DNA of 32,000 nt, taken from Candidatus Korarchaeum cryptofilum OPF8 (GTDB lineage: Archaea; Korarchaeota; Korarchaeia; Korarchaeales; Korarchaeaceae). The stretch spans positions 750,001 to 782,000 of the forward strand of contig NC_010482.1 of the NCBI RefSeq assembly GCF_000019605.1, written 5' to 3'. Position 1 is the first letter of the stretch. Each line of letters starts with the position of its first letter. Below the pieces are notes generated by a model, which searched no databases, was not told the origin of the DNA, and saw only the letters and a program-made list of their open reading frames with translations. Below are positions 23,934-32,000 of this stretch, piece after piece. The translations under genes were made by a program, and so were the position numbers.

Positions 23934-24509
23934 ATGGTCCAACCCCTCGAGGAATTCTTGATATACGTAGACCCCTCCCGTTGCGTCGGATGCAGGAGCT
24001 GCGAGATAGCTTGCGCAGTTGAACACTCCTTGAGCAAGTCCCTTTATGCTTCTATCTTTGAGGATCCCAGGCCTAAGCCCAGGACGAGCGTCGTTGTGGC
24101 CGATAGTATTTACGTCCCCATGAGGTGCATGCACTGCGATCCCGCTCCGTGCGTCAAAGCGTGCCCCACGGGATCCATGCATAGGACTGATGAGGGATTC
24201 GTCATCTCGGATCCCTCCAAGTGCATAGGTTGCAGGACATGCTTGTTAGCTTGCCCATTCGGTCATCCGAGTTACAGTAGAGCCGGAAAGGTGATCAAGT
24301 GCGATCACTGCGTCGATAGGTTCAGAGTGGGGCTGCCGCCAGCCTGCGTCGAGGCGTGCCCCACCGGGGCCCTCAGGTTCGGCAGGGCTGAGGAGCTGCT
24401 GATGGAGGAGAAGAGGAGGAGGGCCCTCGAGCTAATAATAGGGATGGGGGAGGGAGGGGTCGTCTACAAGAGGGCATCCTCCGGCTTCCCCTCTCTCATA
24501 GGGAGGTGA
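23934..24509 (+). CDS. cooF: CooF-type 4Fe-4S ferredoxin-like electron-transfer protein
   Basis: Four Cys clusters are present: CVGCRSCEIAC, CMHCDPAPCVKACPTGS, CIGCRTCLLACPFG and CDHC...PACVEACPTGAL. Confidence 0.85.
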   Translation: MVQPLEEFLIYVDPSRCVGCRSCEIACAVEHSLSKSLYASIFEDPRPKPRTSVVVADSIYVPMRCMHCDPAPCVKACPTGSMHRTDEGFVISDPSKCIGCRTCLLACPFGHPSYSRAGKVIKCDHCVDRFRVGLPPACVEACPTGALRFGRAEELLMEEKRRRALELIIGMGEGGVVYKRASSGFPSLIGR

Positions 24510-24513
24510 TCTT

Positions 24514-26436
24514 ATGGAGGAGAGAGTTTATGAGAGGATATTGAGGGCCACTAAGAGGGAGTTCTATGAGCAGGCATCGATAGACCCGACGGTCCTACCG
24601 CTACTCGAGAAAGCTGATAGGGAGGGTGTAGAGACCGCTTGGCACAGGTACCTCAAGCAGCAGCCCCAATGTGGCTTCGGATTGCTGGGTGTGTGCTGCA
24701 GGAATTGTAACATGGGTCCCTGCAGGATAGATCCATTCGGCTATGGCCCGGATAAGGGTATATGCGGTGCTGATGCCGATACGATAGTAGCTAGGAACCT
24801 CATGAGGGCACTGGCTGCTGGTGCAGCAGCTCACAGCGATCACGCTAGGGATATAGTGGAGGTGTTCAGGGGGATAGTGGACGGATGGGCCAAGGATTAC
24901 AAGATAGCTGATGAGCAGAAGTTATTGGGTATAGCGAGAGCCCTCGGGGTGAAGACGGATGGAAAGAGCATCATGGAGGTCGCCAAGGAGGTCGTGGAGA
25001 TAGCCGAGATGGAGTTCGGTAAGCCGGATAATTCGCCTCTCAGGTTCCTTAACGCATATGCCCCTGAGAGGAGGAAGGAGCTATGGAGGAAACTCGGAAT
25101 AACTCCTAGGGCTATAGATAGAGAGGTAACTGAGATCATGCATAGGACCCATATGGGAGTGGATGCCGATCCGCTCAATCTGATAGCTCAGGGCCTCAGG
25201 GCAGCGCTGGCCGATGGTTGGAGCGGATCCATGATGGCCACCCTCTTCAGCGACGTTATGTTCGGGACGCCCAAGCCCATAAAGGTCTGGGCTAATCTTG
25301 GAGTGCTCAGGGAGGATTCTGTTAACGTGATGGTCCACGGCCACAATCCGCTGCTCTCCATGCAGATAGCTGAAGTTGCGAAGGATCCCGAGATGGTTGA
25401 ACTAGCTAAGAGCGTGGGAGCTGAGGGAATTAATGTAGTGGGAATGTGCTGCACTGGTAATGAAGTATTGATGAGGCTGGGAATTCCTATAGCCGGCAAC
25501 TTCCTCCAGCAGGAGCTCGCGATTATAACAGGAGCTCTGGAAGCTGTGATAGTGGATTACCAATGCATAATGCCAGCTCTAGTCGATGTAGCCTCATGCT
25601 ACCACACTAAGATAATAACGACGGAGCCTAAGACGAAGATACCGGGGGCAATTCACATAGAGTTCGATAAGGCCAACGCTAGGGAGAGCGCCAAGAAGAT
25701 ACTGAAGGTGGCTGTGGAGAACTTCAAGAATAGGGTGAAGGAGAGAGTTTTCATACCTAAGGAGAAGATGGAAGCCGTGGTCGGCTTCAGCGTTGAGGCG
25801 ATACTCTCAGCCCTAGGAGGGTCCCTAGAACCATTGGCTGATGCCCTCAAGAGCGGGAAGATAAAGGGAATAGCTGGAGTGGTCGGCTGCACGAACCCGA
25901 AAGTGAGGCACGATAGCTCCCACGTGGCGATAACTAAGGAGCTCATAGCCAACGATATCCTAGTAGTTGGTACTGGCTGCTGGGCAATAGCGATGAGTAA
26001 GCACGGTTTCTTCAAACCTGAGGCAGCTGAGATGGCTGGGCCAGGGCTGAGAGAGGTGTGCAAGGCTCTAGGGATACCTCCCGCCCTCCACATGGGGAGC
26101 TGTGTAGATTGCAGCAGGATGCTAATAGCTTTAGCAGCTCTGGCCGATCATTTGGGGGTTGATATCAGCGATCTACCTGCAGCCGGCTCGGCTCCTGAGT
26201 GGTACAGTGAGAAGGCCGTATCCATAGGTAGCTACTTCGTAGCGAGCGGTCTCCTCGTCCATCTAGGGACGATCCCTCAGGTCCTGGGATCCAAGAGAGT
26301 AGTGGAGCTGCTGACCAAGGACGCCGAGAGTTTAGTCGGTGGCAAGTTCTTCGTAGAGACCGATCCGGTGAAAGCGGCTAGGGTCATGATAGAGCACATA
26401 AGGGAGAAGAGGAGAAAGCTCGGCTGGCCAGAGTGA
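24514..26436 (+). CDS. cooS: Anaerobic Ni-dependent carbon-monoxide dehydrogenase catalytic subunit
   Basis: The 640-aa product has the N-terminal CGFGLLGVCCRNCNMGPCRI (B/D-cluster Cys), plus HGHNP, GMCCTGNE and GSCVDCSR. An SD GGGAGGTGAT lies at 24501-24510. Confidence 0.95.
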   Translation: MEERVYERILRATKREFYEQASIDPTVLPLLEKADREGVETAWHRYLKQQPQCGFGLLGVCCRNCNMGPCRIDPFGYGPDKGICGADADTIVARNLMRALAAGAAAHSDHARDIVEVFRGIVDGWAKDYKIADEQKLLGIARALGVKTDGKSIMEVAKEVVEIAEMEFGKPDNSPLRFLNAYAPERRKELWRKLGITPRAIDREVTEIMHRTHMGVDADPLNLIAQGLRAALADGWSGSMMATLFSDVMFGTPKPIKVWANLGVLREDSVNVMVHGHNPLLSMQIAEVAKDPEMVELAKSVGAEGINVVGMCCTGNEVLMRLGIPIAGNFLQQELAIITGALEAVIVDYQCIMPALVDVASCYHTKIITTEPKTKIPGAIHIEFDKANARESAKKILKVAVENFKNRVKERVFIPKEKMEAVVGFSVEAILSALGGSLEPLADALKSGKIKGIAGVVGCTNPKVRHDSSHVAITKELIANDILVVGTGCWAIAMSKHGFFKPEAAEMAGPGLREVCKALGIPPALHMGSCVDCSRMLIALAALADHLGVDISDLPAAGSAPEWYSEKAVSIGSYFVASGLLVHLGTIPQVLGSKRVVELLTKDAESLVGGKFFVETDPVKAARVMIEHIREKRRKLGWPE

Positions 26437-26441
26437 CCTTT

Positions 26442-27224
26442 ATGGGGCTCAAGATAATAGTGGCCGGGAAGGGAGGGGTCGGAAAGACAACCGTCGCCTC
26501 ACTACTCTCATTTTTTCTCTCATCAAGGGGGAAGAGGGTTTTGGCTCTGGACACGGACTCCGTGCCCAACCTAGCTCTCTCCCTAGGCCTTCCCAGGGAG
26601 ATGGAGAGTAAGATAGTTCCAATAGTCAAGGACGAATCCCTCGTCGAGGAGAGGACGGGGGCGAGACCCGGCGAGAGCTGGGGCCTCCTCTTCAGGCTGA
26701 ATCCGAAGGTCGACGATATCGTCGATAAATATGGGATAAGGATTAGCGAGAATTTGAGTCTCCTGGTGGTTGGCAGCATAGATTCGGCAAAACAGGGATG
26801 CCTCTGTCCAGCTATATCTTTGGGAAAGGCCCTTATCTCCCACATACTGATGGAGGAGCGTGACGTGATCGTAGTGGACTCGGAAGCCGGGGCGGAGGTC
26901 TTCGGTAGGGGATTGGCTGAGAGATTCGATCACATGCTCTGCGTCACTGAGTCGACTCAGAAGTCCCTGGAGATAGCTAAGAGGATCGCCAGGATGGGCA
27001 GGGAGCTGGGGATAAGGGAAGTCACCTACATAGTTAACAAATTCTCCGGTGATGAGAGCGAGAGGCTCAGGATATCCGAGACCTTAGATGCGAGGCATTT
27101 CTTCATCCCTTATGATTATTCCCTGATCAGAGCCGAGATCGAGGGGAGGAGCCTGAAGGAACTGGATGAATCCTCCCCAGCAGTTCAGGCCCTGAGATCG
27201 GCCTTCGAATCTATTTTCGGGTGA
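26442..27224 (+). CDS. cooC: CooC-type Ni-insertion accessory ATPase
   Basis: It has the deviant Walker A motif IVAGKGGVGKTTVAS and the metal-binding C-x-C (GCLCPA). The alternative GTG start at 26433 overlaps the cooS stop. Confidence 0.9.
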   Translation: MGLKIIVAGKGGVGKTTVASLLSFFLSSRGKRVLALDTDSVPNLALSLGLPREMESKIVPIVKDESLVEERTGARPGESWGLLFRLNPKVDDIVDKYGIRISENLSLLVVGSIDSAKQGCLCPAISLGKALISHILMEERDVIVVDSEAGAEVFGRGLAERFDHMLCVTESTQKSLEIAKRIARMGRELGIREVTYIVNKFSGDESERLRISETLDARHFFIPYDYSLIRAEIEGRSLKELDESSPAVQALRSAFESIFG

Positions 27225-27229
27225 TCCTC

Positions 27230-29176
27230 ATGCCCAAGGTCGGGGTTTACGTTTGCCATTGTGGTAAGAACATAGCCGGGAAGGTGGATGTCCAGAGAGT
27301 AGCCGCTGAGATGAAGAAACATCCTCAGGTCACTGTATCGAGGCATTACTTCTTCATGTGCAGTAGTTTCGGTCAGGAATTGATAAAAAGGGATATAAAG
27401 GCAGGGAAAGTTGATAGGGTCGTCGTAGCCGCCTGCAGCCCCAAGCTCCACGAACCCTTATTCAGAGGGGTTGTGGAGGAAGCTGGACTGAACTTCGGTT
27501 ATTATGAGCAGGCTAACATAAGGGAACTCGTCTCCTGGTCGACTGAAGATCCAGAGGAGGCCACCAGGAAAGCTATAGCCTATACTTGGGCTGCTGTGGA
27601 GAGGGTCCTCGAGGCAGAGCCGGTGGAGAGCGAGGAGTTCAGGGTGAACAGGGAGGCCCTGATAATAGGGGGAGGAGTGGCCGGTATAGCGGCAGCTCTC
27701 GATCTAGCTGAGAAGGGAATAAGGGTCCATATCATAGAGAGATCTCCTACAATAGGAGGTAAAATGGCTCTATTGGATAGAGTATTTCCTACGGGTGACT
27801 GTTCACTTTGCATACTCACTCCCATGATGGCCGAAGCCGAGCACAACCCTAACATAACCATTCACACTATGTGCGAGGTCACGGAGGTGAGCGGATCCGT
27901 CGGCGACTTCAGGGTGAGAGTTAAGAAGAGGGCCAGATATGTGGATCAAGATAAGTGTGTGGCCTGCGGTATATGCGCGGAATCATGCCCCGTGGAGGTT
28001 CTGAATGAGTGGTACGCCAGGCTGGGGAAGAGGAAAGCTGCTTACATACCTTTCCCCCAGTCCGTCCCCAGGGCTTATGTCATAGATAGGGAGAATTGCC
28101 TTTTCTTCAGGGATGGAAGCTGCAGGAAGTGCGAGGAGGTCTGCCCGGCCAAGGCAATAGATCTGAGTGAGAGCGATGGGGAATTCGAGCTCAGAGTGGG
28201 GGCTATAATAGTGGCGACGGGAGCTGACGAGTACGATGCCAGCAACCTCAAGAATTATGGTTATGGGAAGATAGCTGATGTCATAACGCATTTTGGTTTC
28301 GAGAGCCTCATAAATGTCAATGGTCCGACTGGTGGTCACCTGAGGAGGCCATCCGATGGTAAAGTACCTGAGAGCATCCTTTTCGTGCAGTGCGCCGGGA
28401 GCAGGGATGTCAACAATAACCCTTACTGCTCCAACGTCTGCTGCATGATAACGCTCAAGCACGCTGAGATAATCAGGATGGAATATCCCGAGACCAAAGT
28501 TTACGTGGCCTACATAGACATGAGGACCCCTAAGAAGGGGTTCGAGGAGATGTACGCCAGGGTGAGGGAGGAAGGCGTAGTCTTCATCAGAGGGAAGCCG
28601 GGAGAGATAAGGAGGGAGGGGGATAAGTTAGTTACAGAGATATATGATGAGGTGCTAGGTGAGAAATTGAGGCTGGAGGTTGATATGGTCGTGCTAGCCG
28701 CGGGCCTCAGCCCATCCGAGGGAACTCTCTCCATCTCGAGGACGCTGAACATACCGAGGGATCTCTACGGATTTCTTCAGGAATTACATCCAAAACTGAA
28801 GCCAGTTCAGACATCCAGACCGGGCATATTCATATGCGGTACTGCTCAAGGTCCTAAAGACATTCCAGATTCGGTAACACAGGCTAAAGCGGCGGCTAGT
28901 GAGGCTGCTAGGCTCTTGATGATAGGAAAGGTCTTAGTGACCGGGGAGAAGGCGAAGGTGAATTCCGAGCTATGCACGGGTTGCGGGGCATGCGTCGAGG
29001 AGTGTCCCTTCTCAGCCATAGTGCTGGAGGAGGGGAAGGCCAAGGTGCTCCCTCTCGCCTGTATGGGGTGCGGTATATGCCAGGGGGCCTGCCCGACTGG
29101 AGCTATAGAGAGGAGGCTCTACGATCACGGTCAGATCCTCAATCAGATAGATGGCCTGTTGGAGGTGGTGACATGA
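27230..29176 (+). CDS. hdrA: Heterodisulfide reductase subunit A-like flavoprotein
   Basis: The N-terminus reads VYVCHCGKNIAG and the FAD motif IIGGGVAGIAAALDLAEKG. Four ferredoxin-type CxxCxxCxxxCP motifs are present: CVACGICAESCP, C..CRKCEEVCP, CTGCGACVEECP and CMGCGICQGACP. An SD GGGTGATCC precedes the ATG; GTG at 27221 is an alternative start. Confidence 0.9.
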   Translation: MPKVGVYVCHCGKNIAGKVDVQRVAAEMKKHPQVTVSRHYFFMCSSFGQELIKRDIKAGKVDRVVVAACSPKLHEPLFRGVVEEAGLNFGYYEQANIRELVSWSTEDPEEATRKAIAYTWAAVERVLEAEPVESEEFRVNREALIIGGGVAGIAAALDLAEKGIRVHIIERSPTIGGKMALLDRVFPTGDCSLCILTPMMAEAEHNPNITIHTMCEVTEVSGSVGDFRVRVKKRARYVDQDKCVACGICAESCPVEVLNEWYARLGKRKAAYIPFPQSVPRAYVIDRENCLFFRDGSCRKCEEVCPAKAIDLSESDGEFELRVGAIIVATGADEYDASNLKNYGYGKIADVITHFGFESLINVNGPTGGHLRRPSDGKVPESILFVQCAGSRDVNNNPYCSNVCCMITLKHAEIIRMEYPETKVYVAYIDMRTPKKGFEEMYARVREEGVVFIRGKPGEIRREGDKLVTEIYDEVLGEKLRLEVDMVVLAAGLSPSEGTLSISRTLNIPRDLYGFLQELHPKLKPVQTSRPGIFICGTAQGPKDIPDSVTQAKAAASEAARLLMIGKVLVTGEKAKVNSELCTGCGACVEECPFSAIVLEEGKAKVLPLACMGCGICQGACPTGAIERRLYDHGQILNQIDGLLEVVT

Positions 29177-30054
29177 GCTACGTGATAGGCTTCTGCTGTA
29201 ATGAGTGCGCTTATGCTGCGGCTGATCTAGCTGGTAGCACTCACAGGAAGCATCCAGCGAATGTATTGGTGATAAGGATACCCTGCTCCGGTACCTTCGA
29301 CCCGTCTTGGCTCGTTTACGCCCTAGCTAGAGGGGCTGATGCAGCTTTCGTGGCTGGTTGCAGGAAGGGGGAGTGCCATTACGTGGATGGAAACCTCAAA
29401 GCTGAGAAGAGGGTTGCTTTCGTGAAACAGCTGCTCGAGGCCGTCGGAGTGGAACCTGAGAGAGTTGAGATGTTCTTCATGGCGTCCTCTGAGCCACATA
29501 AGTTCGTGAAAGCCGCTGAGGAGATGAGTAAGAGGGTGGAGAAGCTCGGCCCTCTCCCACGCAGGGGCAGGATCGATAGGGTAAGGCTGGGGAAGAAGGA
29601 GAACCTTGTTGAGGCCCTTAAAGCAATCGCCAAAGAGTTTAAGGACATCAAGCTTCCTGAAATACCTGGCTTCAAGGTACCGGTTTATGATGAGAGCTGC
29701 ATCGGTTGCGGGGCATGCGTCGAGGCTTGCGAGCGTGATGCCCTCAGGATGGTAGACTCCGATGGATTCAGGAGGATATTATTGAATGCGGCTAGGTGTA
29801 CAGCATGTGGAGATTGTGTTAAGGCATGCGAAGAGAGTGGAGAGTCTTCTCTGAGGCTGGGAGGCATGAGAATGTCTCAATTAATCTCAGATTGGAGTGA
29901 GGGGATCAGGATACCTCTAGTCGCTTGCGAAGTTTGCGGAAAATATTTCGCGACGGAAGGGGAATTGAGGAAAGCGGATTCTCCTCAAATATGCCCGAGT
30001 TGCAAGGAGGTGCTATCCGCTAAAGCGATGTCATTCGGTAAGGTGAGAGCATGA
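29173..30054 (+). CDS. mvhD: MvhD/FlpD domain fused to a 2x[4Fe-4S] ferredoxin domain and a C-terminal CxxC...CxxC element
   Basis: MSYVIGFCCNECAYAAADLAG......V.VIRIPCSG......VY.ALARGADAAFVAGCRKGECHY..GN is the MvhD pattern. It is followed by CIGCGACVEACE, CTACGDCVKACE and CEVCGKYF...CPSCKE. An ATGA overlap links it to the hdrA stop. The ORF-track start at 28972 is an out-of-gene extension. Confidence 0.85.
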   Translation: MSYVIGFCCNECAYAAADLAGSTHRKHPANVLVIRIPCSGTFDPSWLVYALARGADAAFVAGCRKGECHYVDGNLKAEKRVAFVKQLLEAVGVEPERVEMFFMASSEPHKFVKAAEEMSKRVEKLGPLPRRGRIDRVRLGKKENLVEALKAIAKEFKDIKLPEIPGFKVPVYDESCIGCGACVEACERDALRMVDSDGFRRILLNAARCTACGDCVKACEESGESSLRLGGMRMSQLISDWSEGIRIPLVACEVCGKYFATEGELRKADSPQICPSCKEVLSAKAMSFGKVRA

Positions 30055-30536
30055 GCCTCAGGGATGATATAAAAGCGATCTCCGGGCAGGACGTCATGCT
30101 ATGCTTCCAATGCGGGGAGTGTTCATCATCCTGCCAGATGGCCGGTTACAAGGGCTTCTCCCCCGCGAAGTTGATACATTCCATCCAATTGGGAATGGAG
30201 GATGTCCTGAGGTCTAGAATTTACGAACTCTGCCTTCACTGTTTCCTCTGTTCCGTCAGGTGCCCTCAGGGACTGAGCTTCCCGGATATAGCTACAGCAT
30301 TATCCAACATAACTGTGAGGAGGTATGGTCCGGGGAAGATTGAGAAAATGTTCTTAGACGAGATAACTAATAAGGGATTTTTGAACCCAGCTACATTTGC
30401 TCTGAAGACCTTTGGATTCTCCCTCCCCAAATACGCTGGTCTGAAGGGCCTCAAAGCCGCTCCCATTATCTTCGAGAGGGGGAACGTCAGGAGGGAACTG
30501 GTAGAGGAGGTGAGGAGGGTTGCAAGGGAGGGTTGA
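30051..30536 (+). CDS. hdrC: Heterodisulfide reductase subunit C-like
   Basis: It contains CFQCGECSSSC and CLHCFLCSVRCPQG. An ATGA overlap links it to the upstream gene. Confidence 0.85.
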   Translation: MSLRDDIKAISGQDVMLCFQCGECSSSCQMAGYKGFSPAKLIHSIQLGMEDVLRSRIYELCLHCFLCSVRCPQGLSFPDIATALSNITVRRYGPGKIEKMFLDEITNKGFLNPATFALKTFGFSLPKYAGLKGLKAAPIIFERGNVRRELVEEVRRVAREG

Positions 30537-31269
30537 GGCTTACTATCCCGGATGCTCGGCGAGGACCACTGAAAGAGCATATCTGAGGACCGCTCTCTTC
30601 GTCCTCAGGAAGTTGGGGGTGGAATTCAGGCTGCTCGACGATTTACCATGCTGCGGCACGCTGGAGGGTGAGCTCTACAGCAGGGAACTCACCAGGAAGC
30701 TCGCTGAGATAATAAATAGGGAAGCCAATGGGAGAGTTATAACCGGTTGCAGCGGTTGTTACAGCACGATAAACAGGGGCGGTGGTTCTGCAACTCACTT
30801 AGTCGATTTCCTGTTCAGGGAAGTCGGCCTGGAGAGGATAGCTGAGAGGATAGTTAGGAAGGTGGATCTCAAGGTCGCAGCTTACTACGGGTGCCAAGCT
30901 CTGAGGCCCAAAGAGTTGGCTATAGATGATCCGGAGGATCCCAGAGTGCTCGAGGAAATACTATCGCTCACTGGAGTCCAGACAGTAGATTTTCCAATGA
31001 GGACTAAGTGTTGCGGTGGACCAATAGCCCTCAAAGAGCCGGATCTTGCCATAAGGATGGCTAAGGATGTAGTGAAATCTGCTGAGGATAGCGGAGCCGA
31101 GGCCATAGCTACTATGTGCAACCTCTGCCACTTCATGCTGGACTTCTACACATCGGGGCTGCCGATCCTCCACTTCACTCAGATACTGGCTTACTCCATG
31201 GGGATGCCTCCGGATGAGCTGGGATTGGATGAATTATTCAATCCCCCCAGGAAGGGATTCGGGAGGTGA
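30520..31269 (+). CDS. hdrB: Heterodisulfide reductase subunit B-like (two CCG domains)
   Basis: The first CCG domain is YYPGCSA...LPCCGT...GCSGC. The second is YYGCQ...TKCCGGP...MCNLCHF. The TTG start overlaps the hdrC 3' end by 17 nt. Confidence 0.85.
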   Translation: MQGRVEAYYPGCSARTTERAYLRTALFVLRKLGVEFRLLDDLPCCGTLEGELYSRELTRKLAEIINREANGRVITGCSGCYSTINRGGGSATHLVDFLFREVGLERIAERIVRKVDLKVAAYYGCQALRPKELAIDDPEDPRVLEEILSLTGVQTVDFPMRTKCCGGPIALKEPDLAIRMAKDVVKSAEDSGAEAIATMCNLCHFMLDFYTSGLPILHFTQILAYSMGMPPDELGLDELFNPPRKGFGR

Positions 31270-31273
31270 GATC

Positions 31274-31462
31274 TTGTGCGAGGGTGAGGTCTACATTATA
31301 GAGGGTTCCTCAGAGAAGTTGCTGATGGAGGATGTCATCTCCCTCTCAATTAAGGATGGGAGGCTGGTAATCTACAATGAGATGGGTGAGATGAAGGAGA
31401 TAAATGATGCGAAGGAAATCAGGATAGATATGGTGAGGCACCTAGTGAAGGTAGTCATCTGA
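31274..31462 (+). CDS. cooT: CooT-like small Ni-binding accessory protein
   Basis: Reading from TTG at 31274 gives (M)CEGEVYIIEGSSEKLLMEDVISLSIKDGRLVIYNEMGEMKEINDAKEIRIDMVRHLVKVVI. This matches the CooT hallmarks: Cys2, an MCE..VY start and a length of about 62 aa. An SD GGGAGGTGAG ends 3 nt before the TTG. Confidence 0.7.
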   Translation: MCEGEVYIIEGSSEKLLMEDVISLSIKDGRLVIYNEMGEMKEINDAKEIRIDMVRHLVKVVI

Positions 31463-31481
31463 GGCCCGGAAACTCACCCCA

Positions 31482-31488
31482 TTTTTTT
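31482..31488 (+). terminator. Oligo-T tract (T7) after cooT, candidate archaeal terminator
   Basis: CCCCATTTTTTTGC lies 20 nt after the cooT stop, and the next gene has its own TATA. Confidence 0.4.
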
Positions 31489-31549
31489 GCTAATAGTCTT
31501 CCCCAGGGGCATCTAAAGCCTTTTTATAGAAACTCCCCCCGGTTCAAAG

Positions 31550-32000
31550 ATGATAATCGTCAGCGGAGGGGCTGGGTTCATAGGGAGCCATACTGTCGAT
31601 GAGTTGCTCGAGCTGCGCATGGATGTTTGCGTCATCGATAACTTCTACAGCGGGTCTCCAGAGAACCTGAGGGGCTATGAGAAGCTGAGGATCCTTAATG
31701 TAGATATAAGGGACTTCAATTCTATTTTTGAAGGGATAAAGGGTGAAGTTGAGGGGATAATACATTTAGCCGCTATAGTGAGCCTCGATGAAGCCAGAGC
31801 GAATCCTAAACTCGCTTTTGAAACTAACTTCCTCGGGACCCTCAATATGTTGGAGTTAGCTAGGAAGCTAGATGTCGGGAGGTTCGTTTACGCATCTAGC
31901 GTAGCTGTTTACGGTGAACCCGTTTATTTGCCGATAGATGAATCCCATCCCCTGAAGCCAGCTAACTTATACGGGTTATCCAAGCTCATGGGGGAGCAGC
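31550..32000 (+). CDS. NAD-dependent epimerase/dehydratase (GalE-like), 5' part, runs off the window
   Basis: MIIVSGGAGFIGSHTVDELL (GxxGxxG) and the active-site region YGLSK (YxxxK) are present. TATA-like CTTTTTATAG (31520-31529) lies about 25 nt upstream of the ATG. Confidence 0.85.
   Translation, partial: MIIVSGGAGFIGSHTVDELLELRMDVCVIDNFYSGSPENLRGYEKLRILNVDIRDFNSIFEGIKGEVEGIIHLAAIVSLDEARANPKLAFETNFLGTLNMLELARKLDVGRFVYASSVAVYGEPVYLPIDESHPLKPANLYGLSKLMGEQ

Noticed and set aside
24601-28752. Numerous minus-strand ORFs inside cooS, cooC and hdrA (e.g. 25653-26093, 26384-26845, 27983-28462)
   Set aside because: These are shadow ORFs antisense to strongly supported genes. Their composition is low-complexity and rich in Ser, Pro and Leu, and they carry no motifs.
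28972-29172. Upstream 67-codon extension of the mvhD ORF given by the ORF track
   Set aside because: The extension lies entirely inside hdrA in another frame. The MvhD family sequence begins exactly at ATG 29173, which forms an ATGA overlap with the hdrA stop.
1-32000. Scan for tRNA, rRNA, CRISPR arrays and IS elements
   Set aside because: I saw no T-loop-like GGTTCGAATCC/GGTTCAAATCC contexts, no regularly spaced repeats of 24-37 nt, no rRNA-like stretches and no transposase or integrase ORFs. A by-eye scan can miss divergent tRNAs, so tRNAscan-SE or Infernal should confirm this.

Overview
This window looks like an archaeal chromosome segment. Evidence: AGG/AGA Arg and ATA Ile codon bias, TATA boxes about 25-30 nt upstream of many start codons, GGAGGTGA-type Shine-Dalgarno (SD) sites inside operons, and archaeal families (PaREP1, AlaX, KaiC-like, PriS-like). 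A 117-aa stand-alone LigD-type 3'-phosphoesterase and a CorQ/CorR-like pair next to cooS match my recollection of Candidatus Korarchaeum cryptofilum; I could not verify this. The main feature (22.2-31.5 kb) is a tightly coupled plus-strand cluster: V4R protein (CorQ-like), Cx3Cx2C/HTH regulator (CorR-like), cooF, cooS, cooC, hdrA, mvhD-ferredoxin fusion, hdrC, hdrB, cooT. It joins a Ni-CO dehydrogenase to a heterodisulfide-reductase-type module, and no hydrogenase or acetyl-CoA synthase gene is visible in the window. Other content: a translationally coupled KaiC/RecA-like ATPase and a zinc-knuckle-less PriS-like primase; a NitT/TauT-type ABC transporter with no binding protein and a separately encoded AAA-associated C-domain; scattered DNA repair genes (PE, Ogg-like, Mpg); an E1-like ThiF/MoeB protein; CorA; ProC; two AlaX genes; an aminotransferase-MFS-TauE-DUF1634 operon; a GT4 glycosyltransferase; and two intact VapBC modules. 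Three accessory genes are decayed by multiple frameshifts: an AAA_14/DUF4143 ATPase, a PD-(D/E)XK-like gene and a VapC. I saw no rRNA, tRNA, CRISPR array or clear IS element. All homology calls come from motif recognition by eye, not from searches.
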